Made by a program: the position numbers and the translations under genes. Below are positions 24,801-36,386 of a stretch of 64,000 nt of DNA, piece after piece. Under the pieces are notes generated by a model that made no database searches, was not told the origin of the DNA, and saw only the letters and a program-made list of their open reading frames with translations. Source of the stretch: Callorhinchus milii (Eukaryota); assembly GCF_018977255.1 (NCBI RefSeq), contig NW_024704742.1, positions 34,164,001-34,228,000 of the forward strand, read 5' to 3'. Within the stretch, counting starts at the first letter, position 1. Every line of letters starts with the position of its first letter.

Positions 24801-25819
24801 GTGAGGCACACTAACTGAACTGCACAGAACAGAGAAAAACCCAGATTGTAAACTTGATTAGATTAAATATTTACTGCTCTTCAAAAGAAGTTTGATTTTA
24901 CCAAGACTCTTTGGTTACCCGATACTTTTCCTTCCATGTTTCAGTAAAGATGGATATGACAATGTTCTGTGTTTGTGTTCTGTGTATTCTTTGCAGTAGT
25001 TTAAATCAATGCCAATGATGGTGAGAAGGATGAGATTGAATCCAGCACAGGGGCAATGAACTTGTTAAGCGTTTGCAAAACTCGCATAATAGACACATTG
25101 CCAGCCTCAGATGTGAACATAATTTCTGACTGCAAACATTGAGATCCAAACATGGTGGTCTGTTTAAAACTACCACAAAGCTGAATCCTGTAAAACATGT
25201 GAGCAGGTAGTCAGCAAACATTTACTCTAGGCTCTAAAGTTTCTATAAAGTGCATTTACAAAACTAGCCAGTTTTCAAATGTCTGTGGCAGAGGCATTCA
25301 CTCAGCAGTGCAATCTGAAGTAAAGGAGCAGAAAAATGTTTAACAAAAAGACAATTTTACAGACAATTGATTTATTTCTAAAATGCCATGACAGGAATTG
25401 GTATAGGCTGAATGTCTGGGGCAACCAGTCATCAGTTCATTAAAAACTATAACACTATTAACGAACAAACTGTACTAGCAAAACTACAAATACATAGCCC
25501 CACCTCAAACTTGCTCCAGGCAGAAAACTGTGTCCATTTCATTCACTCACCCAGCTACTACCCTCCGCAACTATGGGGGAACCACAGGTCTTTACCAACA
25601 CAGAGGTAGCCCACTGGGAGATATTATGCCCAGAGCTCTCCTACCATACGAGCCATTCTTGCTGGGAGAGGAGACCTTCAAGTTCCCCACAGTATTAGGA
25701 GATTCCCCAGACTTCTCCCCACTTGGGCTGGGGACTCTGAGGTTGTGACATTGGACTTGAAGCTCCGCGACTATCCTTCTTCTGCAGGAGCCAGGCCTCA
25801 TCTTATGATAACAAAACAC

Positions 25820-26060
25820 TAGTAATAATCCTTGTATTTGGTGGTACATTTGGGATGTCCTCTTGACTTGAAAGGCATTATACAAATGTAAATTGTCGTT
25901 GTTGTAGCACCTTTCACGTCGGGCGAGCATCTCTAAGCTCTCTTCACATTAAGACTTCACAGGTTCACTGTAAAGTGTGGCAACTGTGCACTTTGTAGAT
26001 GAACACGGCAGGCAATTTACATACGGCAAACATCCCATAAACAGCCATGAAGTGAATAAT
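25820..26060 (-). mobile_element. Stacked SINE/L2 tails plus SINE 3' half
   Basis: Several AATCCTTGTATTT / AAATGTAAATTGTCGTTGTTG tails in mixed orientation, then CTTCACAGG..GGCAATTTACATACGGCAAACATCCCATAAACAGCCATG. Confidence 0.7.
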
Positions 26061-26231
26061 AGCTCCTCCCACCCTATAGGTTGCAGGCAGTGGTGGGTTA
26101 CACTAACTAGAAAGAATTTTCCACTTATCTCGAAAATTTCCATGCAATTTTCAAAATTCTCATCACTCTTGTACCTAGGTAAAATCGAGCACTTATTTGA
26201 TCATTTTCACCCACTCAACACTAAAAATACA

Positions 26232-26981
26232 TGATAAATTCTCTGGGATACGGGAGATGGGACCGTCCCGGGTCGTGGAGACAAGGGTATGGGAGATGGG
26301 GCCGTCCTGGGTCGCGGAGACAAGGGTACGGGAGATGGGGCTGTCCTGGGTCGCGGAGACAAGAGTACAGGAGATGGGGCCATCCCGGGCTGCGGAGACA
26401 AGGGTACGGGAGATGGAAGACTGAGAGCTAGAAACACTAAGACTGAGGATATTAGATGGAAGATTGAAAGCTGTAAGCAAGAAGACTGAAAGCATGAAGA
26501 ATCAAGCTTGTGTGCTGTAAAGACACAGTGTTGAACTCGAGATATTACGGTAGTATTGTTCTGTTATAAGATCTGTTGATTGTACCGGCCTTTGGTCTGA
26601 CCGATCGGGATATTGGGGAATAACGAACGAATAATAGTAAAACAGTCTGATACCTGGTTAAAGGAATTAGCGTTATTTCCTTACAGATTTGGCTGATTTT
26701 ATTTTCTAACAATTTGGGATTCGGCAAGATACGCTGCTTTAATACACTCGGCAGTTGACGTGTTTATGAGTCCGGTACGACCGTAACTTGTAGATAGTTG
26801 GGATGGTGGCTGTGGTACTCGCAGAAATTAGGAGTCCGATACGATCGTAACTAGTAGGTAGTTGGGACGATGGCCGTGCCTGCGGGCAATTAACCGAGTG
26901 TATTAACCCATTGGGATTCTGAGTATTAAAGATCCAATATAATCCATTCGAGCGAATGTCTCTTATTTGGATTTTCTAACA
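26232..26981 (+). mobile_element. Putative solo LTR (750 bp, CpG-rich, young)
   Basis: Starts TG and ends TTTTCTAACA. Tandem array at the 5' end (U3-like), ATTAAA at 26925-26930 about 50 bp before the 3' end, and visibly more CpG than the flanks. No canonical TSD. Confidence 0.55.
26246..26416. repeat. 39-bp minisatellite, about 4.4 copies
   Basis: Consensus GGGTACGGGAGATGGGGCCGTCCTGGGTCGCGGAGACAA, with units starting at 26246, 26285, 26324, 26363 and 26402. Confidence 0.97.
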
Positions 26982-27179
26982 TAGGGTAGTCTATGCACAT
27001 TTTGGTTGATTTCTTTACTTCTCCAGCCTGAGAGTCTATCAAAGAATATTTTGATGTTTTGTGTTGAAGGGTATTTAAATTCAACCGAAAGTATTCTGCG
27101 TGTAAACAAATTATCGTGCTAACTAACATGCAAAGTGTCTAATTAACTGACTAAGTGATGGTATAACAGTGTATCATAC

Positions 27180-27450
27180 AACACAACAACTTGCATTTAA
27201 CTGGTATCCCACATGCAGGGTGGTATGCCAGAGCGCTTGACAGTGGTGGAGCATGCCACCGAGCCGGGTGAGGTGACCATTGGCACAGTCGAAGAGGAAG
27301 GTCTTCAGGTGCAACCTCAAGTTGGGGAAGGAAGGGACAGGCAGAGGAATAGAGGAAGGGTGTTCCAGAGTTTCGGGGCATAGTGGCTGAAATGCGGCTA
27401 CTGATGGTGGAATGGAGGGCACCAGAGACATGTGCAATGGCAGTTGAGCA
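27180..27450 (-). mobile_element. L2 LINE 3' end
   Basis: Minus-strand translation LRLHLKTFLFD. ACAACAACTTGCATTT tail. Confidence 0.85.
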
Positions 27451-28448
27451 GAAACAAATACCTTTTCATCCCTGAAAGTGGATGTTGCTCCCTGTATATT
27501 TAGTTTGTTAAGATTGTTTTTTGAGATATGCGTAAAAAGGTATCATTAAAGTCTAATTCAGTTGGTGTGCAGACTCCGATTGTTCTCACCTTCTGCTTAC
27601 TGTTACAGTAAACTCATGATAACTCATCACCATGAGGGAAAAGGGCTGACAAGTCAAGTCAAGGTCGAGTTATCAGGACTTTACTGCACAGGATTTCAGC
27701 CAATCTTACTCCATATTTCATCTGATACTCATAAAACAGAAGTTGAAATTAATGTAATGGTTTTCTGTTTGCAAATAACATCATAGTTTAGAGCACTGTT
27801 CAAATGCGTATCTTTATCAAATGTCTTCTGAAAAGTCAAGTAAATTATGTTTGTTAGTGTAGCTACTTCCTCACACATGTCCAGGAGGCACAACCTCATT
27901 ATTCTAAATCTATATTAACTATCTCATATGTGTGTTGTGCTGATGGCATCCCATAAAATAAGCTGAAGTATTTTCATAGCTTGCATTTTAAATTAACCAG
28001 AGTATAACTTTCACTCGTATGTCTCCTCTCCTTTTTTACATAATGAGAATAGTATTTGCTTTCCCTCAGTTCTCAGGTACACCTTCAGTATTTACATCCC
28101 TCCTTAGAATATTTACTAGTTCCTTGTTGATTTTTGTGTGCATGTCTGTGAAGGATCTAGCCTACAAAGAAAATTAATACTTTAATATTCGTCAACACCC
28201 CTTGGTCTACTAATATTTGCTTGTGTTGGGATCTAAACTACTGAATTTGGTGTGAAAAATATATTCAACAGAAAACAATGTTTTGACCAAAAAAATGCAG
28301 TCAATTCACTTACAGTATATTCTGTGAAGTGCTTTGAGACTGTCAACGATGTGATAAGGCGCTATATCAAATGCAAGGATTATTATTGACACATTTTCCA
28401 TCTCCTGAGGGTTGAGATTCCAGCATGCATTCCATGTAATGATTTAGT

Positions 28449-28716
28449 GATAATAATAATAATAATAAAAATCCTTGCATTTGATATAATGTCTTATCAC
28501 GTCTTCAAAATCAAATTATTATTATTTTCTTAAGGGATTATTACCCCCAGATAAGCGAATTGCCGATCGACTAACAACCAGGTTCCTAATTACTGCGAGC
28601 TAAACAGAGGTGTGTGGAGTAAGGATGCTTGCCTAATGTTTCGCCCGGCCCGGGAATCAAACACAGGTCCTCTTGCTTGCGAGGCAAGTGCTCTAACCAC
28701 TAAGCTACAGGTCTCC
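28449..28716 (-). mobile_element. SINE family A: long-form 5' half joined to tail (Deu domain missing)
   Basis: Reverse complement begins GGAGACCTGTAGCTTAGTGGTTAGAGCAC..GTGTTTGATTCCCGG, includes the central GGTTGTTAGTCGATCG segment, then goes directly to the tail. Confidence 0.85.
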
Positions 28717-28789
28717 ATATGTTATTATAATGCAGAAATTCATCTAGAGGACGCCATCATTAATGTCTCTACATAGAACCTGACTGGAT

Positions 28790-29335
28790 TTTTACCCTTT
28801 GATCTTCTTAATATCTTTTTAATTTATCCATTGAAGAACCTATCTGGTCTGGTTGAACAGTCTACTACTAAGGAAGCTATAATGCTTGTTTGGAATCATC
28901 TTGGTGCTGTCTGCAATCTGTTTTCCATTTCCCTTTTACTTCCTTTACTTCTTTTAGTTAACTTCAACTGTCTGTTATATGAATGCTAGTCCTTACAACA
29001 TTTTATTTCCTTGTATTTCTTAAGATATTTATTTTTGGCCTTTGCATTAGTTTTGATTTCTTTATTCATCCATTCAGGTTTTGGCCATGATATCTTTCTC
29101 TTTTCACTCAAGGCAATACAGTTTCTGTCCATCAGACCTGAAAATGATCTGAACAGATTTGCAATTTTCATCTGTTATTTTATTTTCTAGTTCTGCTTGA
29201 CAATTAGAAGCAGAAAAGTATTGATTACTCAAGTCAAGCAACTCTTTATTACTACTTTCAATTTTAGTTGTTAATGTTGTATCAAATCTAGCAATACAAT
29301 GATCACTGGAACCCAGATTGTTTGTCACTCTTGGG
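28790..29335 (-). mobile_element. CR1 LINE ORF2 relic (end of APE endonuclease plus linker)
   Basis: Minus-strand pieces NLGSSDHCIARF (the APE 'SDH' motif) and KPEWMNKEIKTNAKAKNKYLKKYK (the CR1 linker 'P.W....I....K.K...Y' motif), with frameshifts. Confidence 0.75.
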
Positions 29336-30365
29336 GCCTACTAAGCATTAAATGTGGTGATTCTCAGATCATCAGATACATTTAATGACCTTGGTGGATG
29401 AACATAACTGATTCTCTGCTGGTCAAGACATACCAATCTTATATAATGTACTTCAGTGAAAAGGGACTTTACAATTCAACTAAATAAATGTGGTAGGTTC
29501 AGAAATAACACTGAAATAAATTGGCAATTGCAAACTCTGACTTATAAAATACTGTATCCACCTCTTGGAGATTTATCTTCTCCTCTCCTACCCCAGGTTT
29601 AGCTTTCTCTCCTTGTTTTGTCATCTGAATTTTCAACTTCTTCTGCCTTTCTTAAAAATGTGCATAGAATTTTCACCTTTGAAATATTGGCTTAGCATTT
29701 CTACCTCTCCATTCACAGTGGACACACCCTCAGTCACAAACATGTTCATTCCATAGAAACCAACAAATTACTGCAAACAAACTTTGGATAATGTATATTT
29801 TTATCTGGCAGTAACAAAAACTGTCATCCAGAATAGCTTAGAAAGAATCTGATATACAATGGTAATCTCCACAAATTATGCATTAGGTCACTTTACCATA
29901 ATCCATTAATTTATTGTTGTTCGACAGACTTAATCCAATAACATGTCTAGACCCTTCTTTCTAAACTCCAGCAATGCTTTGGGAAAAGTACAAACTTAAA
30001 CTTCTCATGCCAACATAGCCTTGAGCTAACATTTAAGCCAGATGGAGACATTTACATTCCAGTTTTCAATATAAAGCTGCCTGAGTTATAAAGAGTCTAT
30101 TGACCTGTGCAATAATTTAAACTCAAAGACTTAGTTTTCTCTCAATAAACTGCATAATACCTGCCTTGAATGAAACAACCAGGTCATTATTTTTGATCTC
30201 ATCGATGTGTGAACTGTATTTTATTTTAGCAGCAATTTCAAAGGAGGTGCTTTCCTCTCTTGGTTGAGAGGGGAAAGGCACTGTTTGGTGCAACAGAACG
30301 TGAACCAATCCGGAAGGCGATAAAATTGGATCCTCCGCTGAGTTAGTTGATCTGAAATATTGCAG

Positions 30366-30770
30366 CAAAAACAACAACAACAAATTTGTATAGGGCCATT
30401 CATGTTGGAAAGACATCCCAAGGCGCTGGATAGTCAGGGATTTGGACCTGAAAAGGGAGTTGGGATTAGGAGTGGTGAAGGGCAGGGAGGATAAGGGTAG
30501 GCCTGTGGCCAAAGGCGCAGTTGAAGAGGAGGGTCTTGTGACTTGTCTTGAAAGAGGCAAGGGAGGGAGCGAGGCAAAGGGAGTGTGGGGTGGAGTTGAA
30601 AAGGGTGGGGGCAGAGAGGCTGAAGGCCCGGCTGCTGCCTTGCAGGGTACATGAAGCAGGCTGGAGCCTGTTGAGTGGAGGGAGCAGACAGGTTGATATG
30701 GGGTTAGCGGGTCAAATAGGTAGAAAGGAACAAGGCTGTGGAGGCCCTTGAAGGCGAATTTGGGATGTTC
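30366..30770 (-). mobile_element. L2 LINE 3' end
   Basis: ORF 30123-30773(-) begins FAFKGLHSLVPFYLFDPLTPYQPVCSLHSTGSSLLHVP. (CAA)n tail at about 30370. Confidence 0.88.
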
Positions 30771-30935
30771 CAATTGGACTCACTGTCTCTGGGGTAGGAA
30801 GAGCAAAATCAGCCAGATCCCATTGCCGATCACTATCCAGAGATTCCCACCTGAAAGGTGCATGTATGTGGATGTCAGGAGAGGCTGGAATCGGGCCCAG
30901 CTGTGATATATTCCCACAACTGGATAGTCTGTTTG
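30770..30935 (+). mobile_element. Ancient SINE family C, body fragment
   Basis: CAATTGGACTCA..AAAATCAGCCAG..GATCACTATCCAG..GTGGATGTCAGG..GCTGTGAT resembles a recurrent shark SINE body (recognised from memory). Confidence 0.45.
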
Positions 30936-32994
30936 CAATCAGTGTGAAGGCAATATTAAATATGTTGGACAATACAAGTTGATTAATATACAAAAACTAC
31001 AATTTCTGTATTAATTCAGCACTCCTGTCATATTCTAACCTGTTCACTGATTGAAGCTTCTCTACAAAATACTTACGAAAGATGTGAGATGGGGTGAGTG
31101 GGATTATTTCCCTGACAAAATCTCTGGCAAGCTTTGACTCTGATCTTAAATCAGTCATTTTGCACTTTAAATGCTATGCAACCCAAAACTTACCATTAAT
31201 AATAATAAAAATAATAATCCTTGCAGTTGGTATAGCACCTTATCACACCATTGAGATGTCTGAAAGTGCTTTATAGGATATACTGCAAAGTAGATTGTCT
31301 TTGTATTTTGTGGGCAAACACCCACAAAACACAGTCAATCCATTCTACATTTGTTTTATAACACCATAAAACCAGTGGTCATTTACACCACTAGTTTTAT
31401 TATGGTATAAAAACAGAACTCAGCATTCTCAGTGTTCTTCCTATTTTGTGTGTCTTCATGTGATAAAGTAATATCTGCCGTGCACATATCATTAACCCTA
31501 GCCAGCTACTCTGCAATGTACTCGCCAGGACAACACAGGATGGATGCAATGACTTTTTTAACTGGAGAAAGAATATCCACAGGATCTATTTGTTTCATGA
31601 TATAAATAATTTAACATCTGCAACTACATGCATTTGTGTTGGGAAGGCATATTTTCTTTCATCTCTGTAGGCCAACAATGTTGAGTAACTTGTTTCACCT
31701 GAGGTTCAGGAAAGTATCTATCTCTGTACCAAGGGTTGAATGTTAGATGATTTTATTCAAAGTCACATTCAAAAGTGATAGAAATATTCCTTTTTTTGCA
31801 TTACTTTTGTCGACATAATGTATGGAATATGGAATATAATAATAATAATGGAATATGGAATGAAGGATAACTGGATACCAAACTGTCATAGAACAAGATT
31901 AATTATTTTTATGAGTTCCAGCTACCCTTAATGTGAAAAAAAGTTGCAAATCTGATTCATAAATAGGATTCATATAATAATTTGGGAATAGAACAGAATA
32001 TAATTGATGATGGAGAAAGGAAAGAGTGATCTTGATGTGCAATGTGGATCCTTCCTATAAGATGCACAGTCTTCCTATAATATAAGGATTGTTTTGTTTT
32101 ATTGAGAAAGTATAAAGAAAATGATATTCATTTGACCTTCGTAACAGGGACAAGAGTGAAGTAGAGTAAAATAATACGGGGGAAAAATATTCATAGAATT
32201 AATGACAGAATTTGGAAAGTAAAACACCATACCCTATGCTGCAATGCTAGGGAGATTCTGTAGATTTTTTTGGGAGGTTTACAAATTTCACTTTAACAGC
32301 ATCAAGCCTTAACTGGGCCTCCATCATTTAACTGTGAATTCCATCATTTTGGACTGCTGTATAGCTATCAAGTGCTGGAATACGCAAGTTGCAAGATGCT
32401 ATAAAGTCCAACGTTATGAATTGGACAATAGAGAGAAGTACCAAACAATCAGAAAATATAAAATTAATTCTCAAGTTCAGACTGAAAAAATATACAATTT
32501 CCAGTGGTTTTAAAGTGATCCTATGTTATTTAACGAATGTTTGATAACTGTTGGTAGATGGAGAAATCATCATCAAGTATGTTTTTTTTTCTTTTCTAGG
32601 TGCCAACACCGCCAATTTTTCTAATCCTGAAACAAGCATTTTTATTTTGTACTTTGTAAGGCTCTAAGTTGATTTTTCCTAAGTAATTCTTCCTCAGCAT
32701 TAATCTGCCAAGGAGGAGGGCCAAAGCCCAGGCTCAAAATAACATTTTGCAATAGCAAGGGAAAGGCCTGAGGCATGGACGTACGTATGTACGTAAGCTT
32801 GGTCACCAATGTTGGAGCCACCAAGAGATAGGAGCCATGCAGCATGTCTGAGTTATCCGAATATTGGGGCAAAGGAATGAAGTCTAATGGAGGAGACTGA
32901 CAAGGAGTGATTCTGAAAAGTCTTGTTGAGGGGTAACATAGGGGCTTGAAAAATTAGAGCTTTGATGGTATTTGCCACGAGGGATAGGTGGGGA

Positions 32995-33175
32995 TTAAAA
33001 AACAGGGACCCAATGTGAGGAAGGAGAGCTGGGGATCATTTTGAATGCTAAGATTTTGCACTGGGTCACTGAGCTTGAGAGGGAAGCCAGGGTGGTTGAG
33101 ATTAGAGCTGGCAGAAAGGAGACATTGGCAGGAGCCAAGGAGGATGGCTTCCACCTTGTCCATGTTAAACTGCAA
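32995..33175 (-). mobile_element. L2 LINE RT fragment
   Basis: LQFNMDKVEAILLGS..LSDPVQNL matches the L2 'LQLN..KTE' and 'V.NLG' motifs. Confidence 0.8.
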
Positions 33176-33198
33176 CATACATATATATACAATATATA

Positions 33199-33948
33199 TG
33201 AGGGATGCCCCAAATATAATGCCTCCTTCTATTTTCTCAAAATTGTTTAATTAAGTTACAAAACTTAATGTAGACATTAACAAAGCTTTTTTTTTAAATA
33301 CACCAGTGCAGTTATTTTCCCACAGTCACCATCATGATCTAGACACTTGTGCCAATATGGAATCAATGCCACTATGCCTTTACGGTAAAATAATGTACAA
33401 ATGTCCTTTCTGTTTTCCTTGCAAAACATGGTTAACGTGTGTGGAGCCCATTGAGCACAACTTTAGAATAACCAAAGATCCACCAATAATCATCTCTATG
33501 GCATGATGATCAATACCGAGACTCTCACTCAACTCACACGTTCATGCGTCGAACCTTGCGAATCAGTTCATCAACTTTCTGTGTATTCTCTTCATTAACA
33601 GCTGTTATCTGGCGCCCGCTGCGACACCTATCTTTAAGTTCAGTTTCTCAACTTTTCATACAAATTTACCCAAGTCTTGCAGTACTCACATTAACACATA
33701 TACATATACTTTCATCATGCAATGGCGAATCTCAATCATCAAAATCCCCTTAGCTGTGAGAAATTCAATTATTGCTCTCTGCTTAACACCTGGATCAATC
33801 CTAGATGCCATTTTGAACTGCTGTTATGTGGCTCCATCTAGTTAGAGTTAACCAAACCCTTCACAGCAGGGGTAAAATATAGAAAAGTATCTTACGTATG
33901 TTTATCATAACAGTACCACTTCACAAAATTGTTTTGGAGTGTCTCTCG
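33199..33948 (-). mobile_element. Tc1/mariner DNA transposon (mariner), internally deleted non-autonomous copy
   Basis: Imperfect TIRs TGAGGGATGCCCCAAA versus (reverse complement) CGAGAGACACTCCAAA, differing partly at CpG sites. TA-rich flanks and an internal transposase relic. Confidence 0.88.
33312..33811 (-). pseudogene. Mariner transposase pseudogene: HTH N-terminus fused to extreme C-terminus, DD34D domain absent
   Basis: Manual translation across frameshifts and stops: MASRIDPGVKQRAIIEFLTAKG..KVY..ELKDRCRSGRQITAVNEENTQKVDELIRKVRR..GYSKV-AQWAPHTLT..NRKDICT|LFYRKGIVALIPYWHKCLDHDGD. It contains the RSGR(P) linker, a WVPHEL-like WAPHTL, and the mariner C-terminal FY..GI..L..W.KC...GD motif. 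Confidence 0.88.
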
Positions 33949-34432
33949 TCTATATACAAATATATCATTTGCACGCATATATAAACACACACACATATGC
34001 ATATTTACAGAAACGTACATATTGTATACACAGAATTAGAGATATAAAGACATCTTTTAAATTACAGGACAACAAAAAAACTTTTTTATCAGCCTATCTA
34101 TAACACAAAACTATTAGTTAAAATTCAAACCGTTTGCATATGGATATAATGGTATGGATATAATTTACTCAATGTTAATGCTTTCAATCAATACTACTTT
34201 GATTCAATTGACAACTTTGTATGTGATTGGTGTCAGCAAACCCTGTAGCTTTCACTCTTGTTATGATATGCAGATATGATGGTGCTTGATCTGAGCCATA
34301 TTATACAATTGATTAAAATTGTGGCTATTATAGGAAATGAAAATATCATACTATTGCAAGAGGTGTTCTACTCCACCAGAGTCTAGATGCGTAAACACAC
34401 ACACATGCTTATATACATAATATATAATATTA

Positions 34433-34518
34433 TACATACATACATACATACATACATACATACATACATACATACATACATACATACACACATGCATACA
34501 CACACACACGCGCACACA
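34433..34518. repeat. (TACA)n microsatellite running into (CA)n
   Basis: About 14 TACA units then CA repeats. Confidence 0.95.
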
Positions 34519-36212
34519 TGTCTCTTTTGAAAAAGTTTGTCCAAAATGTATTTGTTATCATAACATTACGGATATGGTTAAGCAAGTTACAGAATTAATT
34601 CTTATGCCTCTTTCAAAGGTTGAGAACCTTTTTATTGTGTGCTATTTTCACAATACATTTGCTCCAAGTCATAGAATAGTGTCATGAAAGAACATTTTGA
34701 ACTCTTCTAAAATAAGGGTCACTGAAAATCTATATATTTTTACACACAACGCAATAGCTCATATTATTTATCTTCTAATACATCATATATGATTTTTTTC
34801 CTGAGATGTTCGCTAAGCCAAGAGTCAAAAGTGGATAAAAGTGTTTGCATTTAAATCTTGAGTTAAATTTTCCCCTAAGAATAGTTTCTTTTTGATATCA
34901 GATAAGGAACATATTATTTTGTAAATAAACATCCATTTTATCTTGCAAAAAAAATTGACTGTGCATCAATTGTATAAAACCTTATCAATTTTGATGGCTG
35001 TTCCCCATTCTCATCCCATCTTCTCTGATAACCACTGGTTGATTGCATGGGACACAATATTGAGTTACTGATAGAAAAAAAGATCTTTACAACATTTAGG
35101 AATTTTGTTCTCAAAGATCCATTCCTTGGGGACAGTTATTGCAAAAATAATTGCAGATGCTTATTATTGGTGCTAGGTATTTTCAGGAAAATAGACAGAT
35201 AACTTTATTTCTTATGAAAAGCCATAAACAGTCTTCATTTGATAGATTTGGTTGTCAACACACAATTCCAGTGGGAATTGAACGCCTGACCCTACTCAGC
35301 AAGCTTACAAACCTATTTTCGTAGCTGTTCAACTAACTTAATAAACCTGCAGAAAGCTTTCTTTGTGTTTCAGATGACCAAATTGAAGAAAATAGTAATT
35401 AGCACTTCAAAGAGGAGCAATAATGGTTAGCTAATAAGAAAAAAACTATACAAAATTCAACCACAATACATTGAGATATTGTGTTTTTATATTCTCCTGC
35501 CTTTATTTTTCAGAATTGCCCATTCTGGCACTGTAAGGTCAGGTCACTGTCAGGTCACTGTAAGGCTACTACCACCTCTGGAATCCATGGATAATAGCAT
35601 TACTATATTTGTTTCCCTAAACCAGTGCTGTCCAACCCAGTGGCACATGTGGCCATTTTGCTTTTCAGATGTGTCCACTTTTACATTAATGAATCAACTT
35701 TCGTTTCACAAAAGAAAAAGAACGTAGACCACAAATCACTCACTTCATATTGTTCTGAGGTGCATGTTTTCTGGACATGTTAGAGTGTAGTTTTATTGTC
35801 ATTTATTGTGCATTCGTCACATCAGCAGCACATACTCTTTCAGTTTATACTGGGCGCCATTATGTACATAGACTGTATGTACGTTATAGTACAATATTAT
35901 TATTTTAGATGGTTGATGGAAGTAAAGTGACTGTTGATGAAAATTTATTGTTATGTAGAAAAACTTATTGCTGCTAATTTGCAGTATTAGAAAAGCATAC
36001 GTAATGCATGAGATGTACGAAACATTATATAGGTATTTATGTACAGTACGATGTTCTGTATGTATTGTATCTATGCCGAGTCCTTTTTTATTAGAGTGAC
36101 CATTTCTGTCTCTCGTGGCCACACCTGTGACCACTTGTCGATTTGGGTTGGACAGCACTACCATAAACAAAGGGATTAACTCTTTTATTTTTGGTAAATT
36201 ATGATGTGTGTC

Positions 36213-36345
36213 AGCCTGGATTAGTGGTAGCAATCTTGCCTCCGAGTCAGAACGTGGTGGGTTCAAGCCCCACGTTGGAACTTGGAATCACACACTCCAA
36301 TACAGCTGGGGGATGTTGCATTGTCGAAGATGAGATGTTAACCAA
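36213..36345 (+). mobile_element. DeuSINE family B 5' fragment
   Basis: TGGTAGCAATCTTGCCTCCGAGTCAGAACGTGGTGGGTTCAAGCCCCAC tRNA-like head. Confidence 0.75.
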
Positions 36346-36386
36346 GACTAGTTCTAGATGTACTCTGTTTATGTAGCATTTTACAG

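Noticed and set aside
24909..24925. miR-9-like string TCTTTGGTTA
   Set aside because: It diverges after 10 nt and has no complementary hairpin arm.
26246..26416. CRISPR-like array
   Set aside because: Units are head-to-tail with no unique spacers, there are no cas genes, and the context is vertebrate. It is a minisatellite.
26711..26730. Retroviral primer-binding site after TTCTAACA
   Set aside because: TGGGATTCGGCAAGAT does not match a tRNA 3' end I can identify, and the poly(A) signal plus a second CTAACA lie downstream.
26762..26795. Hammerhead ribozyme (TTATGAGTCC..CGTAAC)
   Set aside because: Only superficially like CUGAUGA..GAAA. The invariant core residues are missing in both repeat copies.
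26088..27150. DNA transposon hosting the LTR-like insert
   Set aside because: The flanks look repeat-like, but I could not find matching terminal inverted repeats.
30123..30773. Longest ORF (216 aa) as a host gene
   Set aside because: It is an L2 C-terminus and 3' UTR reading through into flanking DNA.
31860..32580. Degraded CR1 RT region (also about 29560-29960)
   Set aside because: Only faint motif echoes. Too decayed to delimit or support by eye.
35817..36266. 149-aa ORF
   Set aside because: It starts in an antisense SINE head and continues through AT-rich sequence with no homology I recognise.
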